This document shows positions 56,422 through 64,000 of a stretch of 64,000 nucleotides of DNA, piece after piece (within the stretch, counting starts at the first letter, position 1; the number at the start of each line of letters is the position of its first letter). The stretch comes from Candidatus Omnitrophota bacterium (GTDB lineage: Bacteria; Omnitrophota; Gorgyraeia; Gygaellales; Profunditerraquicolaceae). Position numbers and translations under genes: made by a program. The stretch lies in NCBI GenBank assembly GCA_023227985.1, contig JALOCB010000002.1, positions 10,956 through 74,955 on the forward strand, written 5' to 3'. The notes below the pieces were generated by a model that saw only the letters and a list, made by a program, of their open reading frames with translations, was not told the DNA's origin and did not search any database.

Positions 56422-56859
56422 ATGCAAAAAACCTATTTACCTAAAGAAAGTGAAATTCAGAGAAAGTGGTTCCTGGTAGATGCTTCGGATCAGATCCTGG
56501 GCAGGCTTGCCTCGCGCATTGCCATGATATTGAGAGGAAAACACAAGGCTATTTTTACCCCGCATATGGACACAGGAGACGGGGTCATAGTCATCAACGC
56601 CTCAAAGATCAAGGTTACCGGAAAGAAGCTCTCGGATAAGGTTTATCAGAGATATTCCGGATATCCCGATGGCCAAAAAAGGATCACCATGGATACTATG
56701 CTGGCTAACAGGCCCGAGACAGTGATGAAGCTGGCTGTGCAAAGAATGCTGCCTAAAGGGGCTTTAGCCGAGAAGCAGATAAAGAAATTAAAAATATATG
56801 CGGGCGGTGATTATCCGCATGCGGGTTTAAAACCGGAAAAGGTGGAATTGGTCAAATAA
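56422..56859 (+). CDS. rplM: 50S ribosomal protein L13
   Basis: 145 aa; [20 protein letters not shown]. Confidence 0.9.
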   Translation: MQKTYLPKESEIQRKWFLVDASDQILGRLASRIAMILRGKHKAIFTPHMDTGDGVIVINASKIKVTGKKLSDKVYQRYSGYPDGQKRITMDTMLANRPETVMKLAVQRMLPKGALAEKQIKKLKIYAGGDYPHAGLKPEKVELVK

Positions 56860-56860
56860 T

Positions 56861-57259
56861 ATGGATAGCATAATCAAACATAACGCGGTTGGAAGACGTA
56901 AAGAAGCGGTTGCCAGGGTATTCCTTATCCCGGGCGGAAAAGGCAACATCACGGTTAACGGTGTGGCCGCGGATTCATATTTTCCCAGGGAGACCGACAG
57001 GATCATCATCAGGCAGCCGTTGCGGTTGACCAATACTATTGCTAAATACGATGTAGTGGTGAATATCCGCGGAGGCGGAATTACCGGGCAGGCCGGCGCT
57101 TTAAGGCACGCCATATCCAGGACTTTAGTGCTCGCAGAGCCGGAGTTGAAGGATATGCTGCGCAAAAACGGATACCTGACCCGCGACCCCCGTATGAAGG
57201 AGCGCAAGAAGTACGGATTGAAGGGGGCACGTAAACGCTTCCAGTGGACAAAGAGGTAA
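56861..57259 (+). CDS. rpsI: 30S ribosomal protein S9
   Basis: 132 aa; C-terminal [14 protein letters not shown]. Confidence 0.9.
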   Translation: MDSIIKHNAVGRRKEAVARVFLIPGGKGNITVNGVAADSYFPRETDRIIIRQPLRLTNTIAKYDVVVNIRGGGITGQAGALRHAISRTLVLAEPELKDMLRKNGYLTRDPRMKERKKYGLKGARKRFQWTKR

Positions 57260-57307
57260 AGCATATTTAAAAAGATTCGCAAATACATTTAGTAAAGGCC
57301 ATAAAGG

Positions 57308-57337
57308 TCCCGCTGGAAACAGCGGGATTTTTTTTTA
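57308..57337 (+). terminator. rho-independent terminator after rpsI
   Basis: TCCCGCTG-gaaa-CAGCGGGA followed by TTTTTTTTTT. Confidence 0.8.
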
Positions 57338-57588
57338 ATGAGCGCATAATTTATGGAGCTGCCGTCGGTAAGTTGGCAGAGCGACATAAATTATATGCGC
57401 GAATTAATCCAGGATGCACGCAAACCAGGCGTCCTGGAGAGGCCGTGAAACGGTTGTTTGTGGACGAGCTAAGCCGTTTGGCCGAAAAATCCGGCAGATA
57501 CGAGCGCATCTGCGCGAAGTGTCTATCTGACGGGATAATACGACTGTTTTGTCGAGAAGGGCTATTTTAGCTTCCGACGAGAAAATAC

Positions 57589-57617
57589 TTGAAAATATTT
57601 TTTATTACAGGTATAAT
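57589..57617 (+). promoter_or_regulatory. sigma70-like promoter for the arg operon (TTGAAA-17-TATAAT)
   Basis: TTGAAA 57589-57594, TATAAT 57612-57617, GAGGAGAGA SD before argC ATG. Confidence 0.6.
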
Positions 57618-57652
57618 GAATACCTGATTATAAAAAAATCCGAGGAGAGAAA

Positions 57653-58681
57653 ATGAATATAACTGTGGATATCGTCGGGGCGACAGGCTACACCGGACAG
57701 GAATTGATCGGGATACTGCTGCGCCATCCCAATGTCCGGATCGGCCGCCTTTATTCTACCACCGACGAGCCGAAGAAACTTTCGGAGCTTTTGCCGCGGT
57801 TCAATAATAAGACGGACCTGGTCTGCCAGAAGCTGGATAAAAAAGCGCTGGCCTCAAGCGACGCCGATCTGGTCTTCCTGGCTATGCCGCATACTTATTC
57901 CATGGCGATCGTCCCCGAGCTGCTTAAGGCCGGTAAACGAGTGATCGACCTGGGAGCGGATTTCCGGATCAAGGATGCCAGGGTCTATGAGGAGTATTAC
58001 GACGTCAAACATACGGATAGAGGGCTGCTTAACCAGGCGGTTTACGGCCTTCCGGAGATGAACCGGCAGAAGATCAAGAAGGCCAAGCTTATAGCCAATC
58101 CCGGATGCTATCCGACCGCGGCTATCCTGGGGCTGTCGCCTCTTTTGAGAGCCGGCTGCGTAGGCCTGGATTCTATAATAATTGACGCCAAGTCCGGGAC
58201 CAGCGGCGCGGGCAAAAAAGCGGTGAAGGATTTTCTCTTTACCGAGGTGGATGAGGATTTCCGGGCTTATAAAATAAACAGGCATCAGCATATGCCGGAG
58301 ATAAAACAGGAACTGTCAAGGCAGGCCGATAAGGAGATCCAGATAACCTTTGTTCCGCATTTATTGCCTTTGAAGCGGGGGATACTGGAGACCATATATG
58401 TAAAGAGCAACGCCAGCAGAAAACCCGATACGCAGGATATTATATCTTTGTATAAAAGGTTTTACCAGAATGAGCCTTTTGTGCGGATCAGGGAAGAAGG
58501 CCATTTCCCGACCTTAAAGGACGTGGTCGGCACCAATTACTGCGATATCGGCATAAGCGTGTCCGGCAAGGATATAATAATCATCGCGGTCATCGATAAT
58601 CTGTTAAAAGGCGCTTCCGGACAGGCTGTCCAGAATATGAATATTATGTTCCGTTTTCCGGAAGAAGCAGCGTTAATATAA
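57653..58681 (+). CDS. argC: N-acetyl-gamma-glutamyl-phosphate reductase
   Basis: 342 aa; VGATGYTGQEL NAD(P) motif, catalytic Cys in ANPGCYPTA. Confidence 0.9.
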   Translation: MNITVDIVGATGYTGQELIGILLRHPNVRIGRLYSTTDEPKKLSELLPRFNNKTDLVCQKLDKKALASSDADLVFLAMPHTYSMAIVPELLKAGKRVIDLGADFRIKDARVYEEYYDVKHTDRGLLNQAVYGLPEMNRQKIKKAKLIANPGCYPTAAILGLSPLLRAGCVGLDSIIIDAKSGTSGAGKKAVKDFLFTEVDEDFRAYKINRHQHMPEIKQELSRQADKEIQITFVPHLLPLKRGILETIYVKSNASRKPDTQDIISLYKRFYQNEPFVRIREEGHFPTLKDVVGTNYCDIGISVSGKDIIIIAVIDNLLKGASGQAVQNMNIMFRFPEEAALI

Positions 58682-58691
58682 GGGGATTTTC

Positions 58692-59828
58692 GTGCGGATA
58701 ATCAAGAAGGCTATTTTACCTGCGGGTTTCGCGGCCAACGGCATTAACTGCGGATTGAAAAAGTCCGGCAAGCCGGATCTGGCGGTTTTTTATTCCGTTG
58801 TCCGGGCTAAGGCCGCGGGTATGTTCACTACCAATAAAATAGCCTCGCCGGCAGTGGCGTTGTGCAAGAGTTACCTTAAATCCGGTAAAGGTTTTCACGC
58901 GGTCATCGCCAATTCCGGCAACGCCAATTGTTTCACCGGAAAACAGGGGATGTCTGACGCGGTCAAGGTGACCGCTGAGTCAGGCAAAATATTTAAGATC
59001 GGCAAAAGCGCGGTTTTTCCGGCATCTACCGGGATCATCGGAAAGCGGCTGGATGTAACCAAGATTACCAAGGCTTTGCCGGGTTTGATCAGCGGCGCGT
59101 CCGCCGCAGGCATAGAAAAGGCCAAACTGGCGATAATGACCACGGATAAATTTCCCAAAGAGGTTACCGCTAAGCTCAAGATAGGCGGTAAAGTAGTTAC
59201 GATCTGCGGGGTAGGCAAAGGCGTGGGGATGATCTCCCCGAAAATGGCGACTATGCTGGTCTTTATTTTTACCGACGCGGCTATCTCGCAAAGGGCTTTG
59301 AAAAAATCCCTGACCGGCGCGGTGGAGCGCTCTTTCAACTGCATAACCGTTGACGGATGTATGAGCACTAATGATACGGTGATCCTGATGGCCAATTCCT
59401 GCGCCGGAAATAAGATTATTACTGAGACCGCGAATTTCAGGCCTTTCAGCGCTGCGTTGGATATTATCTGCCTGGAACTGGCTAAACTTATGGTCAAAGA
59501 CGGCGAAGGAGCGAGCAAGCTGATCGAGATAAGGGTCAAGGGGGCGCGGAATGGGAGCCAGGCGAAGTCAGCTGCTTTGGCGGTCGCCAATTCCAACCTT
59601 TTCAAGACCGCGATATACGGAGAAAATCCGAATTTCGGCAGGGTGGTTGCGGCTGTGGGAGCAAGCGGGGCTGAGGTCAAAGAGGAAAAATTGAAGGTAA
59701 AGCTTGGGCCCCTGAATAAGAAGGAAGTCCGGGTTGATGTGGATCTGGGCCTGGGTAAAGGCGGGTGCGTTGTTTACACCTCGGACCTTACCCCTGAATA
59801 TATCAAGATAAACGCGGCGTACAATTAG
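58692..59828 (+). CDS. argJ: bifunctional ornithine acetyltransferase / N-acetylglutamate synthase ArgJ
   Basis: 378 aa; GTG start; autoproteolytic ATML site (KMATMLVFIFTD). Confidence 0.85.
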   Translation: MRIIKKAILPAGFAANGINCGLKKSGKPDLAVFYSVVRAKAAGMFTTNKIASPAVALCKSYLKSGKGFHAVIANSGNANCFTGKQGMSDAVKVTAESGKIFKIGKSAVFPASTGIIGKRLDVTKITKALPGLISGASAAGIEKAKLAIMTTDKFPKEVTAKLKIGGKVVTICGVGKGVGMISPKMATMLVFIFTDAAISQRALKKSLTGAVERSFNCITVDGCMSTNDTVILMANSCAGNKIITETANFRPFSAALDIICLELAKLMVKDGEGASKLIEIRVKGARNGSQAKSAALAVANSNLFKTAIYGENPNFGRVVAAVGASGAEVKEEKLKVKLGPLNKKEVRVDVDLGLGKGGCVVYTSDLTPEYIKINAAYN

Positions 59829-59841
59829 AAAAGGGTGATAA

Positions 59842-60696
59842 ATGGAAGAAGCGATAAAGAAAGCTGAAGTTCTTATAGAAGCCCTGCCGTATATCAGGCA
59901 GTTCAAGGATAAGATCATCGTGATCAAATACGGCGGCAGTATCCTGGGCGAGGAGAAGATCAGGGAAGGCGTGCTCGAGGATATAGTTTTCCTGAATTTC
60001 ATGGGGCTTAAGCCTGTTCTGGTCCACGGCGGCGGGCCGAACATCAGCGGCAGGATGCGGGCTACCGGCAAGAAGACGGACTTTGTGGACGGGATGCGCG
60101 TGACCGACGAAGAGACGCTGATGCTGGTCGAGGAAGAGCTGAAGAAATTGAACGACCTGATTGTTGGCGAGATCAAAGATCTGGGCGCGAAGGCGGTGGG
60201 TTTGAACGGCAGGGACAAGAATCTTATCCAGACTGAAAAGAAGAAGGCCAAGATCGACTTGGGCCTGGTAGGCCATATCGTGGGAGTGAACAGCAAGGCG
60301 ATAAACGACGAATTACAGCATAACCATGTCCCGGTGATCATACCGATGGGCATAGGCCAGGATAAAAAGACTTACAACGTGAACGCGGATGAGGCGGCGG
60401 CGAGCATAGCCGCCGAGCTTAAAGCGGAAAAGCTGGTTCTTCTGACCAACGTCAAAGGGATCATGCGCGACGCCGAAGACCCGCATTCATTTATCTCCAC
60501 GCTGACCGGCGAGTCAGCCAAGGCGTTGATCGAGCAGAAAGTCATACAGACAGGGATGATCCCGAAAGTAATGGCTTGTATGGATTCGTTGAGCAGAGGG
60601 GTAAAGAAAACACATATGGTTGATGCCTGTATTCCACACGCGCTGCTTCTGGAGATATTCACCGATAAAGGCATCGGCACTGAAATCGTTTTATAG
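59842..60696 (+). CDS. argB: acetylglutamate kinase
   Basis: 284 aa; KYGGS, VHGGGP motifs. Confidence 0.9.
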   Translation: MEEAIKKAEVLIEALPYIRQFKDKIIVIKYGGSILGEEKIREGVLEDIVFLNFMGLKPVLVHGGGPNISGRMRATGKKTDFVDGMRVTDEETLMLVEEELKKLNDLIVGEIKDLGAKAVGLNGRDKNLIQTEKKKAKIDLGLVGHIVGVNSKAINDELQHNHVPVIIPMGIGQDKKTYNVNADEAAASIAAELKAEKLVLLTNVKGIMRDAEDPHSFISTLTGESAKALIEQKVIQTGMIPKVMACMDSLSRGVKKTHMVDACIPHALLLEIFTDKGIGTEIVL

Positions 60697-60699
60697 ATC

Positions 60700-60752
60700 G
60701 AGACCCGATCTCCTAAATCGTTGGGGGATGAAGCGTTAGAAGACCGGGTCTT
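60700..60752 (-). repeat. family D element (reverse-complement orientation), argB-argD spacer, 12 nt upstream of argD start
   Basis: GAGACCCGATCTC-N27-AAGACCGGGTCTT equals the reverse complement of the mfd-upstream element. Confidence 0.6.
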
Positions 60753-60764
60753 GAGAAAGATGGG

Positions 60765-61949
60765 ATGAAATTGCAGGAGATATTCGATACATATAAAGAT
60801 TATGTGGCGCCCAGTTACACCAAGGTGCCGCTGATATTCGTCAAAGGAAAGGGCAGTTTCCTTTGGGATATCCACGGCAAGAAATATTTGGATTTCTTCC
60901 CCGGCTGGGGAGTAGGGTCTTTGGGGCATTGCCATCCCGGGGTAATGAATGCGGTCAGGGACCAGATATCCAAACTGATCTTTGTCCCCAATAATTATTA
61001 CAATCTTCCGCAGGCTAAGTTGGCCAAAGAGTTGAATTACTGGACCCGGCAGGATTTTAAAGTGTTCTTCGCCAATTCCGGGGCAGAGGCTAACGAAGCG
61101 GCGATAAAGCTTTCCCGGAAATACGGCAACGGACGCAATGAGATCATCACCTTCGAGAATGCCTTTCACGGACGGACCACCGGCGCTTTAGCCGCCACCG
61201 GCCAGGAAAAATACATGCAGGGATTTAAGCCCCTGCTGGAGGGGTTCAAACAGGTAAAATTCAATGACCTGGACGCGGTAAAAAAGGCTGTATCCGAAAA
61301 GACCGTGGGGATAATGCTTGAACTGGTCCAGGGCGAGGGCGGGATAAATATCGCGGATAAGAATTTCGTGGCTGGTCTGCGCAAGCTTTGCGATGAGAAG
61401 AAGCTCCTGTTGATCATCGATGAAGTGCAGACAGGCATCGGCAGGACCGGAAAGATGTTCTGTTGGCAGAATTACGGGATCGTCCCGGATATCTTCGTCC
61501 TGGCCAAGGCTTTGGCCGGCGGATTGCCGATCGGTGTGATGCTTGCCAGGAAAGAGCTGGCTGACTTGTTTACTCCGGGCACGCACGCTTCTACTTTTGG
61601 CGGCGGACCGGTGATCTGCAAGGCGGCTCTGGCTGTTTTGACCGCGGTACAGAAAGAGAAGATGCTGTATAATGCCAATAGTATGGGAGGGCATCTTCTG
61701 AATAAATTAAATCTTTTAAAAGAAAAATACCCGGTGATCAAGGATGTCCGGGGAATGGGGCTGATGTGCGGGGTGGAATTATCCATACCCGGTAAACCGA
61801 TAGTCGAGGCCTGCGTCAAAGAAGGGCTTTTGATCAACTGCACGCATGACAGCGTGCTCCGGGTAATGCCGGCTTTGAACGTGACTATCGGACAGATAAA
61901 CACAGCGGTAAAAATAATGGAAAAAGCAATCAAAGAGGCGAAACTATGA
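60765..61949 (+). CDS. argD: acetylornithine aminotransferase
   Basis: 394 aa class III aminotransferase; PLP Lys in FVLAKALAGGLP context, DEVQTGIGRTG. Confidence 0.85.
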   Translation: MKLQEIFDTYKDYVAPSYTKVPLIFVKGKGSFLWDIHGKKYLDFFPGWGVGSLGHCHPGVMNAVRDQISKLIFVPNNYYNLPQAKLAKELNYWTRQDFKVFFANSGAEANEAAIKLSRKYGNGRNEIITFENAFHGRTTGALAATGQEKYMQGFKPLLEGFKQVKFNDLDAVKKAVSEKTVGIMLELVQGEGGINIADKNFVAGLRKLCDEKKLLLIIDEVQTGIGRTGKMFCWQNYGIVPDIFVLAKALAGGLPIGVMLARKELADLFTPGTHASTFGGGPVICKAALAVLTAVQKEKMLYNANSMGGHLLNKLNLLKEKYPVIKDVRGMGLMCGVELSIPGKPIVEACVKEGLLINCTHDSVLRVMPALNVTIGQINTAVKIMEKAIKEAKL

Positions 61950-62860
61950 AGAGAGACCTGATATCCATAAAGACATTAACCTTGGAGCAGATCAAGGATA
62001 TATTCGATCTGACACATAAGATCAAGAAGAGCCCGAAAAGGTTCACCGGTGTACTTAAAGGCAAGACCCTGGCTTTGATCTTTGAGAAGCCTTCCAACCG
62101 GACCTATGTTTCATTCCAGGTGGGGATGTATGAATTGGGCGGCAACTCCGTATATCTCGGCCCGGCGCAGATCAAGCTTGGGGTGAGGGAAACCATTCAT
62201 GACGTGGCCAAGACCCTGAGCCGGTATGTTGACGGAATTGTCCTGCGTACTTTCGCTCATCAGAACGTCCTGGATATGGCTAAATACGCCGGCGTGCCGG
62301 TGATCAACGGGCTTTCGGACTTGTCGCATCCCTGCCAGGCATTGGCCGATACCTTTACCATAAAGGAGAAATTCGGAGGCTTCAAAAATATCACCGTGGC
62401 TTATATAGGAGACGGCAACAACGTCTGTAATTCCCTGCTTTACGCCTGCGCTAAGTTGGGAGTAAATATCAATGTGGCGACGCCTCAGGGTTACGACCCG
62501 GACGCGGATATGGTCCTGGGCGCAAAGTCCGCCGCGGAGAAGACCGGTTCCAGGATAAGTCTTTTTCATAAGGCGCAGACCGCGGTGCAAGGGGCCAACG
62601 TGATCTATACCGATGTCTGGGCCTCAATGGGCCAGGAAAGCGAAGCGCAAAAACGCAAGCAGGATTTTAAGGACTATCAGGTGAATAAGAAACTGTTATC
62701 TCTGGCGGATAAGAATTGCCTGGTTATGCATTGTTTGCCGGCGCACCGCGGCGAAGAGATCTCGGATGAAGTCATTGACGGGGATAATTCCATAATATTT
62801 GACCAGGCGGAGAACCGGCTGCACGTGCAGAAGGCGATACTGGTGAAACTGTTAAAATAA
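61946..62860 (+). CDS. argF: ornithine carbamoyltransferase
   Basis: 304 aa; carbamoyl-phosphate motif (SNRT variant of STRTR), HCLPAHRGEE ornithine-binding motif; inside arg cluster. Confidence 0.85.
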   Translation: MKRDLISIKTLTLEQIKDIFDLTHKIKKSPKRFTGVLKGKTLALIFEKPSNRTYVSFQVGMYELGGNSVYLGPAQIKLGVRETIHDVAKTLSRYVDGIVLRTFAHQNVLDMAKYAGVPVINGLSDLSHPCQALADTFTIKEKFGGFKNITVAYIGDGNNVCNSLLYACAKLGVNINVATPQGYDPDADMVLGAKSAAEKTGSRISLFHKAQTAVQGANVIYTDVWASMGQESEAQKRKQDFKDYQVNKKLLSLADKNCLVMHCLPAHRGEEISDEVIDGDNSIIFDQAENRLHVQKAILVKLLK

Positions 62861-62877
62861 ATGTCTGAGGTGGTATA

Positions 62878-64000
62878 GTGAAAAAGATCGTGTTGGCGTA
62901 TTCTGGCGGGTTGGATACATCCTGCGCCATAAAATGGCTCAAGGATAAAGGTTTTGACGTGGTCTGTTTTATCGCCGACCTGGGCCAGGGCGAGGATTTT
63001 CAGAAGATCGAGGAGCGCGGCCTGGCTGCCGGCGCTTCCAAGGTCTATATCAAAGACCTGCAGGATGAATTCATCAAGGATTTCATTGTTCCGTCATTAA
63101 AGGCCAACGCCGTATATGAGGGGAAATATTTCCTGGCTACGGCTTTGGGCAGGCCGCTGATCGCCAAGTATCTGGTAGAGGTGGCGCATAAAGAAAAGGC
63201 CGAGTACGTCGGCCACGGCTGCACCGGAAAAGGCAATGACCAGGTCAGGCTGGAGGTCACTACCGCCATACTCGACCCGAAACTGCAGATTATCGCGCCT
63301 TTAAGGGACTGGGAATTCAAATCCCGGGAAGAGGAGATCGAATACGCTTTGAAGAATAACATACCGATCGACGTCACCAAGAAAAAACCGTACAGCCTGG
63401 ACCGGAATATCTGGGGGATCAGTATTGAGGCCGGGGTATTGGAGAACCTGGACCAGGAGCCGCCGGAAGACGCTTATATCATGACTAAGAGCCCGAGCGG
63501 AGGGTCCACTTATCCTAAATACATAGAGATCGCCTTTGAAAAAGGCGTGCCTAAGAAATTAGACGGAAAGACCTATAAGCTCAAGGAGATGATCGAGGAG
63601 CTTAACCGGATCGGCGGGGCTTTCGGCATCGGCAGGTACGATATGGTGGAGAACAGATTAGTCGGGATAAAATCCCGCGAGATATACGAGGCTCCTGCCG
63701 GGACCATACTTTATACCGCGCATAAAGAATTGGAGAGCCTGGTCCTGGACCGGGAAGTCGCCCATTTCAAGGAAATCGTCTCATTGAAATATTCGGAGCT
63801 GGTGTATTACGGGTTATGGTATTCTCATCTTAAGCAGGCCCTGGACAGCTTTGTGGAATCCACCCAGAAACACGTCACCGGCACGATCCGCTTGAAGCTG
63901 TTCAAAGGGAATTGCGCGGCGGTAGGCAGGAAATCAACGCACTCGCTGTATAAAAAAGAGCTGGCCACTTATGGCGCCGAGGACAAATTCGACCAGAAGC
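62878..64000 (+). CDS. argG: argininosuccinate synthase (3' partial, runs off window end)
   Basis: GTG start; VLAYSGGLDTS PP-loop, GCTGKGNDQVR; not in the ORF track because no stop is reached. Confidence 0.85.
   Translation, partial: MKKIVLAYSGGLDTSCAIKWLKDKGFDVVCFIADLGQGEDFQKIEERGLAAGASKVYIKDLQDEFIKDFIVPSLKANAVYEGKYFLATALGRPLIAKYLVEVAHKEKAEYVGHGCTGKGNDQVRLEVTTAILDPKLQIIAPLRDWEFKSREEEIEYALKNNIPIDVTKKKPYSLDRNIWGISIEAGVLENLDQEPPEDAYIMTKSPSGGSTYPKYIEIAFEKGVPKKLDGKTYKLKEMIEELNRIGGAFGIGRYDMVENRLVGIKSREIYEAPAGTILYTAHKELESLVLDREVAHFKEIVSLKYSELVYYGLWYSHLKQALDSFVESTQKHVTGTIRLKLFKGNCAAVGRKSTHSLYKKELATYGAEDKFDQK

Noticed and set aside
57373-57570. 65-aa ORF between rpsI and argC
   Set aside because: It has a TTG start and no SD, lies inside a hairpin-rich non-coding region, and has an Arg/Cys-rich composition typical of GC-skewed random frames. 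I kept the region as a structural finding instead.
63045-63380. 111-aa minus-strand ORF near the window end
   Set aside because: It lies antisense within argG, which is strongly supported by PP-loop and synthase motifs.
1-64000. Search for tRNA, rRNA and CRISPR arrays
   Set aside because: I found no GTTCGAATC-type T-loops, no rRNA-like conserved blocks and no regularly spaced direct repeats with unique spacers. The abundant repeats are palindromic intergenic elements without a CRISPR-like repeat-spacer periodicity.

Overview
This 64 kb window is a gene-dense, almost entirely plus-strand chromosomal segment from a bacterium of roughly 50% GC. A bifurcating-type Bcd/EtfAB module suggests an anaerobe, but I cannot assign a taxon from sequence alone. 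The content is mostly conserved housekeeping operons:

- recG (5' partial), rsmD, coaD
- yceD-rpmF-plsX-fabH-fabD-fabG-acpP-fabF
- leuCDB, asd, truA, glgC
- a GNAT, then an acyl-CoA dehydrogenase / PilZ / etfB / ferredoxin-etfA cluster
- a tiny HTH gene, then smc
- a minus-strand GAF-GGDEF cyclase
- recA, htrA, recX, alaS
- hisDB-HA-(lipoprotein)-FI, trpE/pabB
- rpsP, yajC, secDF, a short Mfd-like helicase
- surA-like, pdxA, ksgA
- crcB with DUF190, an SPFH protein
- an AT-rich HicA/HicB islet with a third unknown gene
- a frameshifted pgk, tpiA, secG
- an oppABCDF-type peptide transporter
- rplM-rpsI
- argCJBDF and the start of argG (3' partial)

I found no rRNA, tRNA or CRISPR.

The most striking signal is the density of intergenic palindromic repeats, which fall into at least four families:

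- Family A: ACACCC...GGTGTT units ending in a TGCAT-N4-ATGCA hairpin plus a Shine-Dalgarno (SD) sequence.
- Family B: MITE-like elements with TTAAGTCAGTGAGG...TGACACAGCC ends.
- Family C: elements bounded by a 15 bp terminal inverted repeat (TIR), TAGGGGACGGTTCCT.
- Family D: CAAGACCCGGTCTTG...GAGATCGGGTCT.

Several copies sit directly on or next to start codons and ribosome-binding sites.

Other notable points:

- A PilZ c-di-GMP receptor is translationally coupled into the bcd-etfBA operon.
- htrA plus a family A repeat is inserted into the conserved recA-recX-alaS block.
- A minimal Mfd lacks the UvrA-binding N-terminus.
- pgk is apparently frameshifted.
- Two exact TTGACA-17-TATAAT promoters are present.
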